Source: Candidatus Multivoradales bacterium
GTDB lineage: Bacteria > Acidobacteriota > Thermoanaerobaculia > Multivoradales > J023
NCBI GenBank assembly: GCA_965248925.1
Contig: CBDFLE010000005.1
Coordinates: forward strand, 1,632,001-1,696,000
Reading direction: 5' to 3'
DNA length: 64,000 nt
The translations under genes were made by a program, and so were the position numbers. The notes beneath the pieces are model-generated. The model saw only the letters and a program-made list of their open reading frames with translations. It was not told the DNA's origin and ran no database searches. Positions 1-10,440 of the stretch are shown here, piece by piece. The stretch's first letter is position 1; every line of letters begins with the position of its first letter.

Positions 1-748
1 ACAAAGGGATCGGCGAACCGCTGTAGCGCACCCGATCGGTGCCAACCTGCTGCGGCAGATGCAAGTGACCGAGTGCAACATAGGCAAGATCAGCGGCGAA
101 GATATCGGCCGGCAAAGCATGTTGGTTACCGCCGAGAATACGCCGCTCGGACAGTTCGCTGATCTTGGCGTGGGTCATGTAGCAATGCCCCATGGCCAGC
201 AACGCCTGGCCCTCGCCGCAGCGCTGCCGGGCCGCCGCGACCACCTCGGCGTAGACCTGCCGCACTCCTTCGATCAGTGGATCTTCAGCATCGGCAAGTC
301 GCGGCAAATCAGCGATCCGCAAATAAGGCACCGCCGCCACCCAGGCCCGCACCTCACCTTCGCGGTCATGCAAGGGTGCCAGCAGCCGATCCAGGTCCAA
401 ATCACCAGCCAGCCGGGGCAGACCGCCGACCATGAAAACCGCCTGTGCCTCCAGCAGGGGTCGCGGCGCGTCAAGACGCGCCGCCGAGTCGTGATTGCCG
501 CCGATGACGACGATATCCAAAGCGGGAAAGCGCCGCCGAGCATCAGCCAAAAAGCCGTACCAGATCTGCTGTGCCACGGCGGAGGGATTGGCGGTGTCGA
601 AGATGTCGCCAGCGATCAGCAACCCGTCGATCCGCTGCGCTTCCACGGTATCGAGCAACCAGGCGAGAAAACGCCGATGCTCGAAATCGCGAGAAAGCTC
701 GTGCAGCGAGTGGCCCAAGTGCCAATCGGCGGTGTGAAGGATACGCAT
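1..748 (-). CDS. sbcD: Exonuclease SbcCD subunit D (Mre11-like phosphoesterase); 3' end runs off the window
   Basis: Manual translation from ATG at 748 gives MRILHTADWHLGH...LLIAGDIFDTANP...VVIGGNHDS, the SbcD/Mre11 motifs DxHxG, GDxFD and GNHD. Absent from the ORF track, presumably because no stop lies in the window. Confidence 0.92.
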   Translation of the reverse strand, partial: MRILHTADWHLGHSLHELSRDFEHRRFLAWLLDTVEAQRIDGLLIAGDIFDTANPSAVAQQIWYGFLADARRRFPALDIVVIGGNHDSAARLDAPRPLLEAQAVFMVGGLPRLAGDLDLDRLLAPLHDREGEVRAWVAAVPYLRIADLPRLADAEDPLIEGVRQVYAEVVAAARQRCGEGQALLAMGHCYMTHAKISELSERRILGGNQHALPADIFAADLAYVALGHLHLPQQVGTDRVRYSGSPIPL

Positions 749-836
749 GGACAGTGACCTTAGAGCCCCAGCCTACCGCGAAAGCCTCACTCCACACAGG
801 CTCCGACGTTCCCCCCTTCGAGGATGAAGTTCACTC

Positions 837-868
837 TTGACTCTGTATCCTGGTACGGGGTTTATACT
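837..868 (+). promoter_or_regulatory. MerR-family (CueR/ZntR-like) promoter-operator of the P1B ATPase
   Basis: TTGACT (837-842), a 20-nt spacer and TATACT (863-868); the spacer carries an imperfect dyad ACTCTGTA..TACGGGGT. Long spacer plus dyad is the MerR-type architecture. Confidence 0.7.
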
Positions 869-902
869 CCCCCTCCTAGGACCTACGCGAGGAGTATCGA
901 CA

Positions 903-3365
903 TTGCAGCAGGAACATGGCTGTTACCACCCACAGAGTGCGGAAACCGATAGCGAGATCATCACCGATCCAGTCTGCGGCATGCGCGTCGACCCGGAATC
1001 CAGCCAGCATCGACTGACTCACGACGGCACTGAGTTGCACTTCTGCTGCGCTGGCTGCCGAGAGAAATTCCGCGCCAATCCGCGTCGCTACCGGGACGCC
1101 CCTCCCACGGCACCTGCCGAACCCGACGCGGGGTCCAAAGACGCCTACTACATCTGCCCGATGGATCCCGAAGTCCGCCAACTCGGTCCTGGATCCTGTC
1201 CCAAGTGCGGCATGGCCCTGGATGCCGAAACACCACGGCTCGCCACCAAGACCGAATACACCTGCCCGATGCACCCGGAAATCGTCCGCGAAGAGCCTGG
1301 CAGCTGTCCGATCTGCGGCATGGCCCTCGAAGCACGCACTATAAGCGCCGAAGAGGAGGCCAATCCCGAGTTCGACGAGATGCGCCGCCGGTTGCTCTTC
1401 GCCACCCTGCTGACGGTGCCGATCTTCCTCCTCGCCATGGGCGATCTGCTGCCTGGCGAGCCGATTTCTCGATTGCTGGCACCGCGCCTGCGGGTACTGG
1501 TCGAGCTGGCGCTGGCCACCCCGGTCTGCCTGTGGGCAGCCTGGCCCTTCTTTGTCCGTGCGATCCAGTCGATCCGCAATCGCAGTCTCAACATGTTCAC
1601 CCTCATCGGTCTCGGAGTCAGCGTCGCTTACGGCTACAGCCTGGTGGCGGCGCTGGTGCCGCAAGTCTTCCCTGCTTCGTTCCGTGGCGCGGGAGGGGCG
1701 GTGGCGGTCTACTTCGAGGCCGCGGCGGTGATCGTCACCCTGATCCTGCTGGGCCAGGTGTTGGAGCTGCGCGCCCGCAGCCAGACCGGCGCGGCGATCA
1801 AGGCCCTGCTCGGCCTGACCGCCAAGACGGCGCGGCGACTAATCCCTGACGGCGGCGAAGAGGACGTGCCGCTCGACCTCGTGGCGGTGGGTGATCGCTT
1901 ACGGGTACGGCCGGGAGAGAAAGTACCGGTCGACGGCAAGGTGCTCGAAGGCTCCAGCGCGATTGACGAATCGATGGTCACCGGCGAGCCCATGCCGGTG
2001 AGCAAAATAGCCGGCGACTCGCTGATCGGCGCGACGGTCAACGGCACCGGCTCGCTGCTGATGCAAGCAGAGCGGGTCGGCGCCGAGACCCTACTGTCGC
2101 GCATCGTCACCATGGTGGCCGAGGCCCAACGCAGCCGAGCGCCGATCCAGAAGTTGGCCGATCGGGTGTCGGGTTATTTCGTGCCGATCGTCATCACGAT
2201 AGCGATCCTCACCTTCATCGTCTGGAGCCTGATCGGTCCTGAGCCGCGCATGGCCTACGCCCTGGTCAGCGCGGTGGCGGTGCTGATCATCGCTTGCCCC
2301 TGCGCCCTCGGCCTGGCAACCCCAATGTCGATCATGGTCGCCACCGCCAAGGGAGCCGAAGCCGGGGTGCTGTTCAAGAATGCTGAAGCCATCGAACGAC
2401 TGCGACAGGTAGATACCTTGGTGGTCGACAAAACCGGCACCCTCACCGAAGGACGGCCCAAACTGGTGACCATCGTGGCCTCTGCGGGATTCACCGAGTC
2501 CGAGCTGCTGCGCCTCGCCGCCTCTCTCGAGCGGGCCAGCGAGCATCCCCTGGCCGAGGCCATCGTCGCTGGCGCCGAGAACCGGCAAGGGGAACTCGGC
2601 ACGGCGACGGACTTCGAGTCGATCACCGGCAAGGGGGTCCGAGGATCCATCGAGGGTACCGAGGTAGCGCTCGGCAATCGCCCCTTGATGGCGGATCTCG
2701 CCATTGATCTCGGCGACTTACCAGCGCGGGCCGAAGAGCTGCGCGGCGAAGGCCAGACAGTGATGTTCGTCGCCATCGCCGGAGCCGTCGCCGGCCTGCT
2801 CGGCGTCGCTGATCCGATCAAAGAAAGCACCCCACAAGCGATTCGCCAGCTGCACGCCGAGGGACTACGCATCACCATGTTGACCGGCGACAGTCGCACC
2901 ACCGCCGAAGCGGTAGCCCACCGCCTGGGCATCGACCAGGTGATCGCCGAAGTCCTACCCGAGCAGAAAGCGGCCACCGTGGCCGACCTGCAGAAGCAAG
3001 GACACGTCGTCGCCATGGCCGGAGACGGCATCAACGACGCCCCGGCCCTGGCTGGCGCCGACGTCGGCATCGCCATGGGCACCGGCACAGATGTGGCGAT
3101 GGAAAGCGCTGGGGTGACCTTGGTCAGAGGAGACCTGCGCGGCCTAGTCCAGGCGCGAAGGCTAAGCCGGGCCACCATGGCCAACATCCGCCAGAATCTG
3201 TTCTTCGCCTTCGCCTACAACGCCCTCGGCGTGCCGATTGCCGCGGGCGTGCTCTATCCCCTCATCGGCCTGCTGCTCAGCCCGATGATCGCCGCCGCGG
3301 CAATGAGTTTCAGCTCGGTGTCGGTGATCGCTAACGCGCAGCGACTACGGCGGGCAAAGCTCTGA
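903..3365 (+). CDS. copA: Cu(I)/Ag(I)-translocating P1B-type ATPase with N-terminal YHS and two heavy-metal-binding (CPMxP..CPxCGM) domains
   Basis: Motifs DPVCGM/FCC (YHS), two CPM..CPxCGM units, TGE, CPC, DKTGT, SEHP, GDGIND, YN and MSFSS. Start placed at TTG 903 because GAGGAG lies at 889-894 and the track start (837) is the -35 hexamer. Confidence 0.93.
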   Translation: MQQEHGCYHPQSAETDSEIITDPVCGMRVDPESSQHRLTHDGTELHFCCAGCREKFRANPRRYRDAPPTAPAEPDAGSKDAYYICPMDPEVRQLGPGSCPKCGMALDAETPRLATKTEYTCPMHPEIVREEPGSCPICGMALEARTISAEEEANPEFDEMRRRLLFATLLTVPIFLLAMGDLLPGEPISRLLAPRLRVLVELALATPVCLWAAWPFFVRAIQSIRNRSLNMFTLIGLGVSVAYGYSLVAALVPQVFPASFRGAGGAVAVYFEAAAVIVTLILLGQVLELRARSQTGAAIKALLGLTAKTARRLIPDGGEEDVPLDLVAVGDRLRVRPGEKVPVDGKVLEGSSAIDESMVTGEPMPVSKIAGDSLIGATVNGTGSLLMQAERVGAETLLSRIVTMVAEAQRSRAPIQKLADRVSGYFVPIVITIAILTFIVWSLIGPEPRMAYALVSAVAVLIIACPCALGLATPMSIMVATAKGAEAGVLFKNAEAIERLRQVDTLVVDKTGTLTEGRPKLVTIVASAGFTESELLRLAASLERASEHPLAEAIVAGAENRQGELGTATDFESITGKGVRGSIEGTEVALGNRPLMADLAIDLGDLPARAEELRGEGQTVMFVAIAGAVAGLLGVADPIKESTPQAIRQLHAEGLRITMLTGDSRTTAEAVAHRLGIDQVIAEVLPEQKAATVADLQKQGHVVAMAGDGINDAPALAGADVGIAMGTGTDVAMESAGVTLVRGDLRGLVQARRLSRATMANIRQNLFFAFAYNALGVPIAAGVLYPLIGLLLSPMIAAAAMSFSSVSVIANAQRLRRAKL

Positions 3366-3493
3366 GAAGGAGGACTCGGTCGGTGGGAGTTGCGAAGCAG
3401 CCCTTGGCAACGAACGAATTCCTGTGGATCTGGAAATCGATACTCTCGGCAGGGCTGGTGCCAGCCAGTCTCGGCGCAGTACGACAAGGTTCT

Positions 3494-6400
3494 CTAACCT
3501 CTCTCTTCCACGCCGGCCCCAATAGGCTTGCTGCAATAGGCTAGAGGATGTCCATAGACTGTATAGGCAAGCCAGGCGGGGGAGCCTGGGTACTCGTCTC
3601 TAAGCTCTATCCTGGCCTGACGCACGGATTCTCCAAGAGGCTCGCCGGCAAGAAACCGGCGGTAGAACTCGAAGGCAAACCGTCGTGCCTGACGCGAAGG
3701 AACTGCCCACTGAGTTCCAAGAAAGGCGCCCGCACCACTTTCCAAACACTGCAGCGCCCAGCCACCAGGACCACTGAGGCCCCGTCCGGCGAGTCCGGTA
3801 GAACAAGCGTTCAGAAATACCCAGGGGCGATGCTTCCCAAACCCCGACAATTCCAGCAGATCCTCGGGACGTAGGGTCTGGTAGTCGTCGAGGACAATCT
3901 CCCACAGATCAACATCCGCGGACCGGGCATGAGCATGACCAATAAAGTGCCAGCCATCGAATTGACCACTCGCCAGGGCATCACGCACCTCCCTGTACCG
4001 CGGTGGAATAATTGTTACCCGTTCAGCGCCCAAGAGCTCGACGAGATCCTCCAGCTCTTCCTGAACCTCGAGATTGTCTTCTGCCGCAGAGGCCAACACC
4101 GCCACCCTAGACAGATCGAAAGAGAGCTGCTCATCGAGGCCATGTCGCCATCGGGTTAGGGCGAACTTTTCGGCCAGGAAGTACCCGTTCTCTGGCGTGC
4201 CAGCACCTTGACCGGATAACCGAAGAATCTCCCAGGGAAGAAAGAGTTCATCAGAGACAAGTCGAGCGGTCTGTACTCGCTCACGCAGCGTCCACAGCCA
4301 AATCTGTAAGCCAAGCGGTAGGATTCCAAAGAGGCGTGTTCCCTTGGCACGAAGGCGAGCAGCGGAGATCTCCTGCCACTCAGCCTCCACGGACGAGTAC
4401 TCTTCGATATCTTTGCTCAGGTCGTGCTGTTGGGCCTGAGGATCTCGGCCGAGGGAAATCGGCCCAAATCTGTCGCGCACCAAGCCGAGACTCGGATCCC
4501 GCGCCTGCAACTGAAAAGTCAACTCCGGCCGCTGCTCAGTGCTCGCTTCAATAGTGATCTCGAGATCCGGTACCAGGCCGGGCCACACTGCCCGAGAGGA
4601 GGCATCGAGAAAAGAGTGGGACCGGCGGCGAGCGATGGTCTTGCCGGTAGCACCTACAATGTGGTTCTTGAACACCAACGAACCCGTTTCGAGTGCCCAG
4701 GCTGCGAGAGCATTGTCCGCCCCGGTCCCGGAGATGTCGAGCAATGCACCTGGGTCGATCCAGGCCAAGGCGTCAGCTGCAGCCTGGCCTATCGTGTCTT
4801 CAGTTAGCTCGAGATGCACCTTCTGGGCCGGCATAGACCACGTTTCCCCCACCACCTCCCAGCGAATCGAAGAATCCTGGGTCCAGAACCCCGACCCGTC
4901 CGGCCGCCGGTCGCGCGGTCTGGCATTCCGTCCCGAACTGGCCAAGACAACCAGACTGTCCGCGGCTTCGACATAACAAAGACGGCCCAGACTGGCACAG
5001 GCAGAACACCGGAGCTGGGTATCGAGAGAGGAGTCTAGAGCTACTTCGATGAGCCGCGGAGCTGTTGCATCGCCGGCAAGATAGGCGAGTTCGGTAGCAG
5101 TCTGAGTCAATACTCCCACAGCTGGCTTGGCCAGCGCTCGCAGCACGGCGGTGGCGGCCCGAGCGAGCAGCCACTTGCCGTCTTCGGAGTACCTGAACCG
5201 CTGGACCGTCGTCAGCAGAACCCGAAAAGCCAGGACTCGTTCCTCATCACTTCGCGTTGATTCATCGATCCGCGAGGAAAGCCATCCCACCTCGTTCGGT
5301 TGTCCTCGACCTTCGAGACTCTGGAGGGCCGCCAGCCGTACGCTCTCCTCAGGATCACCTTCAGCTGCCCTGGCCAGGGTAGCAACCACCCCCGATCCGG
5401 TAGCCTCTTGCAGAGCATGCGCAGCGGCGGCACGGGTCGCGGCCGGTAGGTCGGCGAAGAGAATGGTCGAGATCAGGTCCGCACCATCGTGAATCGGCAT
5501 TCCGTGGAGAGCCTCCAGAGCAATCACCACCAGTGGATCCTCGAGGTCTAACAACGCCAGCCGCTGCAACAGAAGGTCTCTCGCTACGGGCGTCGCAACC
5601 AGGCCCAGCATCGTCACCAGGCTTTCTTGCCACTGGTAGCTCTCGTGCCACTCGCCCATGGTGCGCAGGGCGGCGGTAGCCGCTTCACCACCCATCCAGC
5701 CGATGGCTACCAACACACTCTCCGCCTCGTCCGGGTATTGGCGCGCCATTTCCACCAGGTTCGGAACCGAAGCCACGTCGCGAATACTGCTGAGGGCGTG
5801 GATGGCCTTCTTTCTGGTAGTCGCGTCGGAATCTCGAGCGAAGGCCACCAGCCGCAGCTTGGCAAGGCTTCTGGGGTGAAGCCGTTCATACCTACCGAGT
5901 TGTGATAATGCCAAACCGCAGTCGACAGGCTGATCGGAGAGGAGCTGCTCGACCAATAATTCAGAGGCCTCTAATGCCACAACTCGTCCGAGGTTACGAA
6001 CAACCCGCTTGCGAATTGCCTCGTCGTCACCGGCCAGAGCCTTCCGCATCCGATGCACCAGGAGATCGCTATCGAGCGCCGCCAGAGCTTCGACGAAACG
6101 GCCGCTGAAATTCGAGCCCGTCACCCCTTCCCACAGCTTGTCCCGGAGATCTACTCCCAACTCAGTGAGACCGCCATTGGGCAACTGAGCCTCGGCAGCG
6201 AAGTGAGCAATGCGGAGGAAGACCAAGCCATACCGATCGGGTTGCATTGAGATCCGGCGCATCTCTTGCCAAAAAACCGTACGAGCAAGACCCGAGAGGC
6301 CGGCCAAGAACTGCATCACCTCGAGCCAGGCGGCATCATAGCTGTGCCGCCTGACGCTATCGACCACACGATCGGTATCTTCATGGGTCAACGCCCGAGC

Positions 6401-8023
6401 CGCAAGATATTCCTGGAAGGTTGTGTGGAGGAAGAAATGGCTGTCATCTGAAAGGCCAAGCTGCCCAAGAAGCCGAGATGGTTTCAGGTACTCATCGAGC
6501 AGCTCTGGGTAATCGCAACAGGCAACTACATCCTCTGGACCAAAGACGTATCGCGGTGCTCCTGGGGCCTCGTCGAGCAACCAGAGTGCGAGCCGTTCCA
6601 CTTGCCGCTGCTCCACTGAACCGAAAGGCTTTTCTGGACAGCGATCTCCGTAGTGCCGCAGAATGAGCGAGACAGCACTCTCGTAGAGGGCTGCGCGGGA
6701 TCTCGGAAGTCGCTCTTTTCCCTTATTGCGCAAGTACAAACCGCACAGCAAGCTGAGCAGAAACGGATTGCGCGCCATCCGCCGCAGATCCAGGTTGCGA
6801 TCGAGCCGCCGCTCCAGTGGCTCCGCGAGCTGCGGAGCTCCAACTCGCTGGAACCAGAGCCGTATCAAGGAACCAATGCTGTCCGGAGAAAGCTCGGTGA
6901 TCTCGAAGATGTCGTAGACCGGCAGCTGGCGAGGGTGACCTGAGGGCCGCGAAGTGAGAATCATGGCGAAACCGTGCGCATGATTGTCGATATCCTGTCG
7001 CATCGCCTCTCGGTCCTCCGGGCGCACTTCATCCCAACCATCGAGCAACAGCAACACGTTGTCCCGTCCGGGCCCTGCGAAGTAGCTCAAGGCGTTCGAC
7101 CATAAATCCCGCTGACGTCGATCTCGAATCCCAGCCTCGAGAAGCGCAAAGTCCAACAACTCGGAGCCAGAATTCTCCTTTTTCCAGATGCCATAGCTAC
7201 GCAGCGGTACCAGCAGAGGGAGCACAAAGCGCCCCCCGGGATGACGAATGAGCCAGCGTGCGATCCACTTGAGCAGCGTAGTCTTGCCACTACCTGGAGG
7301 CCCCACCAGCACGGCAGAACCCTCGAAACGCTCGATGATGAACTCAAGGGGGCGTGTACGCCAGCTCCGCTCTTCATAGCGCTGATCAAGAACCTCTCCG
7401 AGAGCTTGACCCTGATGCAGCCTCTCCATGCTCTCCGACTCAGCCAGCCGCAGCTCGACCCAGACATCGTCAAGTGGCAGCGGCTGCATCTCCGGCAACG
7501 GCGCCTCTGCAAAAGCCCATTTGGGATGTTCGAGGAGTCGTTTTGGCCAAGCCGCGATCAGTGGATCGAGTTCCAGATGGGTCTCGCGTTCCGAGATCGC
7601 GGCGCCGGGAGCGAAGGACTCGACGGTGTCACGCTTGGAGAGCGTCGGCTCGAGCCGCGCCAGCAGAACCCGTTTCCAATGGCCGATCGGACCCTCGTCG
7701 CGCTCGGTCGCCCGGCTTATCCTCCGTGCTGTTCCGAGTAGCTCGGCCCGCGAAGAGTCGGGCTTCGAGGCGAGTTGCTCAGCCCAGGCAGCTGCCAACC
7801 TAGCGGGATCTAGATCCTTGAAACCTATTCGGCGAACCAGAAATCCGATTCTGCTGGGAAGTGCTTCCAGGCGGGCAGCGGCCAGCTCTGGTAAGCGCTG
7901 CCGGGCAGCCTGCGCTGGTTGCTCGCTTCCCCCAACCAGCGCCTCGAGCAGCGCCAGCGTTTGGAGTTCGCGCCTATCGCCCACAGTTATAGTCCTCTTC
8001 CCCCACCCCAGAACACCAGCCAC
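3494..8023 (-). CDS. STAND NACHT NTPase - HEAT repeats - C-terminal CHAT (caspase-like) protease, ~1509 aa; start uncertain
   Basis: Walker A GPPGSGKTT, Walker B LLLLDGWDEV, ILTSR, NPFLL, FLHTTFQEYLAA; HEAT-like repeats (VRLAALQSL, LRCSACASLG); CHAT motifs LPWE, WHFIGH, FLNAC and WLAYTVYGHP. Confidence 0.85.
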   Translation of the reverse strand: MAGVLGWGKRTITVGDRRELQTLALLEALVGGSEQPAQAARQRLPELAAARLEALPSRIGFLVRRIGFKDLDPARLAAAWAEQLASKPDSSRAELLGTARRISRATERDEGPIGHWKRVLLARLEPTLSKRDTVESFAPGAAISERETHLELDPLIAAWPKRLLEHPKWAFAEAPLPEMQPLPLDDVWVELRLAESESMERLHQGQALGEVLDQRYEERSWRTRPLEFIIERFEGSAVLVGPPGSGKTTLLKWIARWLIRHPGGRFVLPLLVPLRSYGIWKKENSGSELLDFALLEAGIRDRRQRDLWSNALSYFAGPGRDNVLLLLDGWDEVRPEDREAMRQDIDNHAHGFAMILTSRPSGHPRQLPVYDIFEITELSPDSIGSLIRLWFQRVGAPQLAEPLERRLDRNLDLRRMARNPFLLSLLCGLYLRNKGKERLPRSRAALYESAVSLILRHYGDRCPEKPFGSVEQRQVERLALWLLDEAPGAPRYVFGPEDVVACCDYPELLDEYLKPSRLLGQLGLSDDSHFFLHTTFQEYLAARALTHEDTDRVVDSVRRHSYDAAWLEVMQFLAGLSGLARTVFWQEMRRISMQPDRYGLVFLRIAHFAAEAQLPNGGLTELGVDLRDKLWEGVTGSNFSGRFVEALAALDSDLLVHRMRKALAGDDEAIRKRVVRNLGRVVALEASELLVEQLLSDQPVDCGLALSQLGRYERLHPRSLAKLRLVAFARDSDATTRKKAIHALSSIRDVASVPNLVEMARQYPDEAESVLVAIGWMGGEAATAALRTMGEWHESYQWQESLVTMLGLVATPVARDLLLQRLALLDLEDPLVVIALEALHGMPIHDGADLISTILFADLPAATRAAAAHALQEATGSGVVATLARAAEGDPEESVRLAALQSLEGRGQPNEVGWLSSRIDESTRSDEERVLAFRVLLTTVQRFRYSEDGKWLLARAATAVLRALAKPAVGVLTQTATELAYLAGDATAPRLIEVALDSSLDTQLRCSACASLGRLCYVEAADSLVVLASSGRNARPRDRRPDGSGFWTQDSSIRWEVVGETWSMPAQKVHLELTEDTIGQAAADALAWIDPGALLDISGTGADNALAAWALETGSLVFKNHIVGATGKTIARRRSHSFLDASSRAVWPGLVPDLEITIEASTEQRPELTFQLQARDPSLGLVRDRFGPISLGRDPQAQQHDLSKDIEEYSSVEAEWQEISAARLRAKGTRLFGILPLGLQIWLWTLRERVQTARLVSDELFLPWEILRLSGQGAGTPENGYFLAEKFALTRWRHGLDEQLSFDLSRVAVLASAAEDNLEVQEELEDLVELLGAERVTIIPPRYREVRDALASGQFDGWHFIGHAHARSADVDLWEIVLDDYQTLRPEDLLELSGFGKHRPWVFLNACSTGLAGRGLSGPGGWALQCLESGAGAFLGTQWAVPSRQARRFAFEFYRRFLAGEPLGESVRQARIELRDEYPGSPAWLAYTVYGHPLAYCSKPIGAGVEERG

Positions 8024-8125
8024 CGATGCGCCTGGCCCTGCTCCAGATTCAGCCAGCGCTACCGCAACATCGAAGATCTGCTGGCCGACCGTGGGCTGAC
8101 CCTATCCTACGAGGCCCTTCATCGA
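8021..8125 (+). pseudogene. IS6-family transposase N-terminal remnant
   Basis: Translates as HRCAWPCSRFSQRYRNIEDLLADRGLTLSYEALHR, resembling the IS6 N-terminus (YxRFxLSYRDVEDLLAERG..VSYE). Nothing further of the transposase follows. Confidence 0.65.
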
Positions 8126-8376
8126 GGGCCCATAGTTGCACACCACCGCGGCTGCAAGTATGCCCGCTGACTGAGCGCTGAAACAGCAATACCAGACAGG
8201 GCTTCTCAGGCTGGCTTCGGTCAAGTTGACAGCCGCCGATCAGCCGGGGCTCGAAATCTGGAGCAGGTGACCCGTTGGCAGGCCGACTTTCGCTTTAGTT
8301 GTTAGGATTGGCGGTCAGCTCTGCGGGGCAATTCAAGTCCGGCTGCTGCGGAAAACGTCCGATTTCAGAGGCAAGG

Positions 8377-10440
8377 TTGAGCACAGTCTTCACAGATTTC
8401 GTTCGCCAGATGGACCCCCAGGGCCCTGGCCCGAGTCATGAGTTGGTGGAGCAGGTCTGGGAGGCCTTGCGGGGACTACTAGTCTCGGAACTCAAGCGAC
8501 GCAGCAGCTGGCTCAGTCCCCCCAGCTACTTGGGGATCATCGGCCATCGTTTCTGGACCACTCCGGAGACCGGTTCCGACGCCCTCGATGAGCTCGCGTC
8601 GCAGTGCTTCGAGTTTGTTTTCGTGCAGCGGCTGAGCAGCTTCCGAGATCAAGCCCGGCGCAAGGAAACGGTCGATGGCCTGGTCGCGCTGGCCAACCGC
8701 CACTTTTTGCTCGAGACCCAGCGCAAGAACGACCCGCTAGGCTTTCGCGTCTTCGAAGTTCTACGCGGCGTGATGCGCCGCGCGATAGCCTCCGAGCAGC
8801 TTTTTCTCCTGGCGGGAGATCACCGAGTGCGCAACGACTCGCTGCTAGCCCGATCTCCGGCAACGCCGCCCGTAGGGGTCCTCCCCAGCGATCTACAGCC
8901 ACTGGCGGAGCGTTGGGTCGACGATCACCTTGAAGGCCTGTTTACAGCTTCTCGCAACGACTTGGCCAGGCTCAGAGAGAGACTGATCGACGAGCTTCTC
9001 GAGTGGCTGGACCAGCAAGACCTGCCAGGCTTCAGATTCGGCGACCTGGCAGCCAGCGTCAAACAGCGGGCACGCCTCGCTTGGGCGGCCCGTTTTCTCG
9101 ATTCGTCTTTTCTGGCGCAGCCCGTCGACCGAAACTCGGTCAGCACACCGCTCGACGAATCCGACACTCTCCAGCGCTTCACCATGCTGGTGCGCTGTGT
9201 CAGCGATGGGATCGCCAAACTCGGCGAACGCGCCAAGACGCTACGCTATCTCGACCGGCTGTGGCGATTCCTCGAGACCTTCGCCTTGGACGGCGGGACT
9301 GTCGAGATATTGGACGGGTTGACCGACCCATTGGATCTCCCCCCTCAGCGGCAGATCTCCAAGCTGCTGGAGATCCCCAGGGGACGGATTCCCGGCCTGC
9401 TTGAGATCCTCCGTGAGCAAGTGCACAGCTGCCGTGAGAAAGTAGAGGATGTCGGAAAGGGGGTGTCCTTGGCCGCTCGAAAAGAAAACCATGACCGGCT
9501 CGCTGAAGCCCGAGCCGCGGCCTTGGCTGCTGCGCGAGATGCCGCCAAGCCGCCGCCGCAGAACCTCGATGGAAAAGCATGGTGGCGCGCAGGAGACATC
9601 GTCAGCTTCCCGGCTGCCGACCGGCTCGGGGTGTACTGGCTGCTGCTCGAAGTCGATTCACAATCCGACCCGTTCCGCTGCGCCGTCGTGGATACCTTTC
9701 CGCTCCTAGGGCCTGATGATCTGGAACTCAGTCCGGCAAGTGGTTCAGGTGCCTGGCGACTGCGCTGCAACTTCGAGCTGACCCTCGAGAGTCGAGTACT
9801 CGGCCGAGCGCAGTGGGTCGATCGGATAGAAGACGAGGTTCTCAGAGCAGCGCTGGCGGGTGCAACTGATGATGGGCTGCTGCGCGAAGATCAGGATTCA
9901 CCGGAATACCGCGACTGGATCGACGATGGCCCGCGCCGTGCAAAGCAGCTACTCAGCGGTCAGCCGCTCCCCTATCGCTCACCTTCGAAACTCGGCACCT
10001 GGCCCAGGTTTGCCTGGGTACTTGCTGCTTCCCTATTCCTGGCAGTGATCGGTCTGGCGATTGACCGCTACCGGCTAGGACGGCTCGTCGAGCGACTCTC
10101 GCAGCCGATCCTCGACCTGCCCTACCGCGAGATCCAGCTCTCAGGCTTCCGCGGAGAAAGGGCCCTGGAGATCCCTGCCGACGCGACTCATGTCGAACTC
10201 GGCCTGATCCTCGATCAGCCACTGGACCACGAGATGTATCTCATCGAGCTGCTAAAGCCGGACGGCACCATGCTGTTCCGGAGTCCCGACCTGGCAGCAC
10301 AGAGTTCCTACACCTTGACCTTCCCTGTTGCGCAGCAACAGCGCTCCATCTTTCGCGTGCGAATATTTGGCATTGATGACCAGACGCAGACTCTGATCGA
10401 CAAGAAGACCATCGAGCTGGTGCGGAGCGAATCCCCTTGA
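8377..10440 (+). CDS. Putative ECF-sigma-like protein fused to a transmembrane helix and an extracytoplasmic domain
   Basis: Region-2-like helix DALDELASQCFEFVF; HTH-like PQRQISKLLEIPRGRIPGLLEILREQV; a beta-rich middle domain (RAGDIVSF..VYWLLLEV); one TM (FAWVLAASLFLAVIGLAI); a beta-sandwich-like C-terminus. Start TTG 8377 is tentative (track start 8299). Confidence 0.5.
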   Translation: MSTVFTDFVRQMDPQGPGPSHELVEQVWEALRGLLVSELKRRSSWLSPPSYLGIIGHRFWTTPETGSDALDELASQCFEFVFVQRLSSFRDQARRKETVDGLVALANRHFLLETQRKNDPLGFRVFEVLRGVMRRAIASEQLFLLAGDHRVRNDSLLARSPATPPVGVLPSDLQPLAERWVDDHLEGLFTASRNDLARLRERLIDELLEWLDQQDLPGFRFGDLAASVKQRARLAWAARFLDSSFLAQPVDRNSVSTPLDESDTLQRFTMLVRCVSDGIAKLGERAKTLRYLDRLWRFLETFALDGGTVEILDGLTDPLDLPPQRQISKLLEIPRGRIPGLLEILREQVHSCREKVEDVGKGVSLAARKENHDRLAEARAAALAAARDAAKPPPQNLDGKAWWRAGDIVSFPAADRLGVYWLLLEVDSQSDPFRCAVVDTFPLLGPDDLELSPASGSGAWRLRCNFELTLESRVLGRAQWVDRIEDEVLRAALAGATDDGLLREDQDSPEYRDWIDDGPRRAKQLLSGQPLPYRSPSKLGTWPRFAWVLAASLFLAVIGLAIDRYRLGRLVERLSQPILDLPYREIQLSGFRGERALEIPADATHVELGLILDQPLDHEMYLIELLKPDGTMLFRSPDLAAQSSYTLTFPVAQQQRSIFRVRIFGIDDQTQTLIDKKTIELVRSESP

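Noticed and set aside
59-757. 232-aa plus-strand ORF
   Set aside because: Antisense shadow of sbcD, whose motifs are clear on the minus strand.
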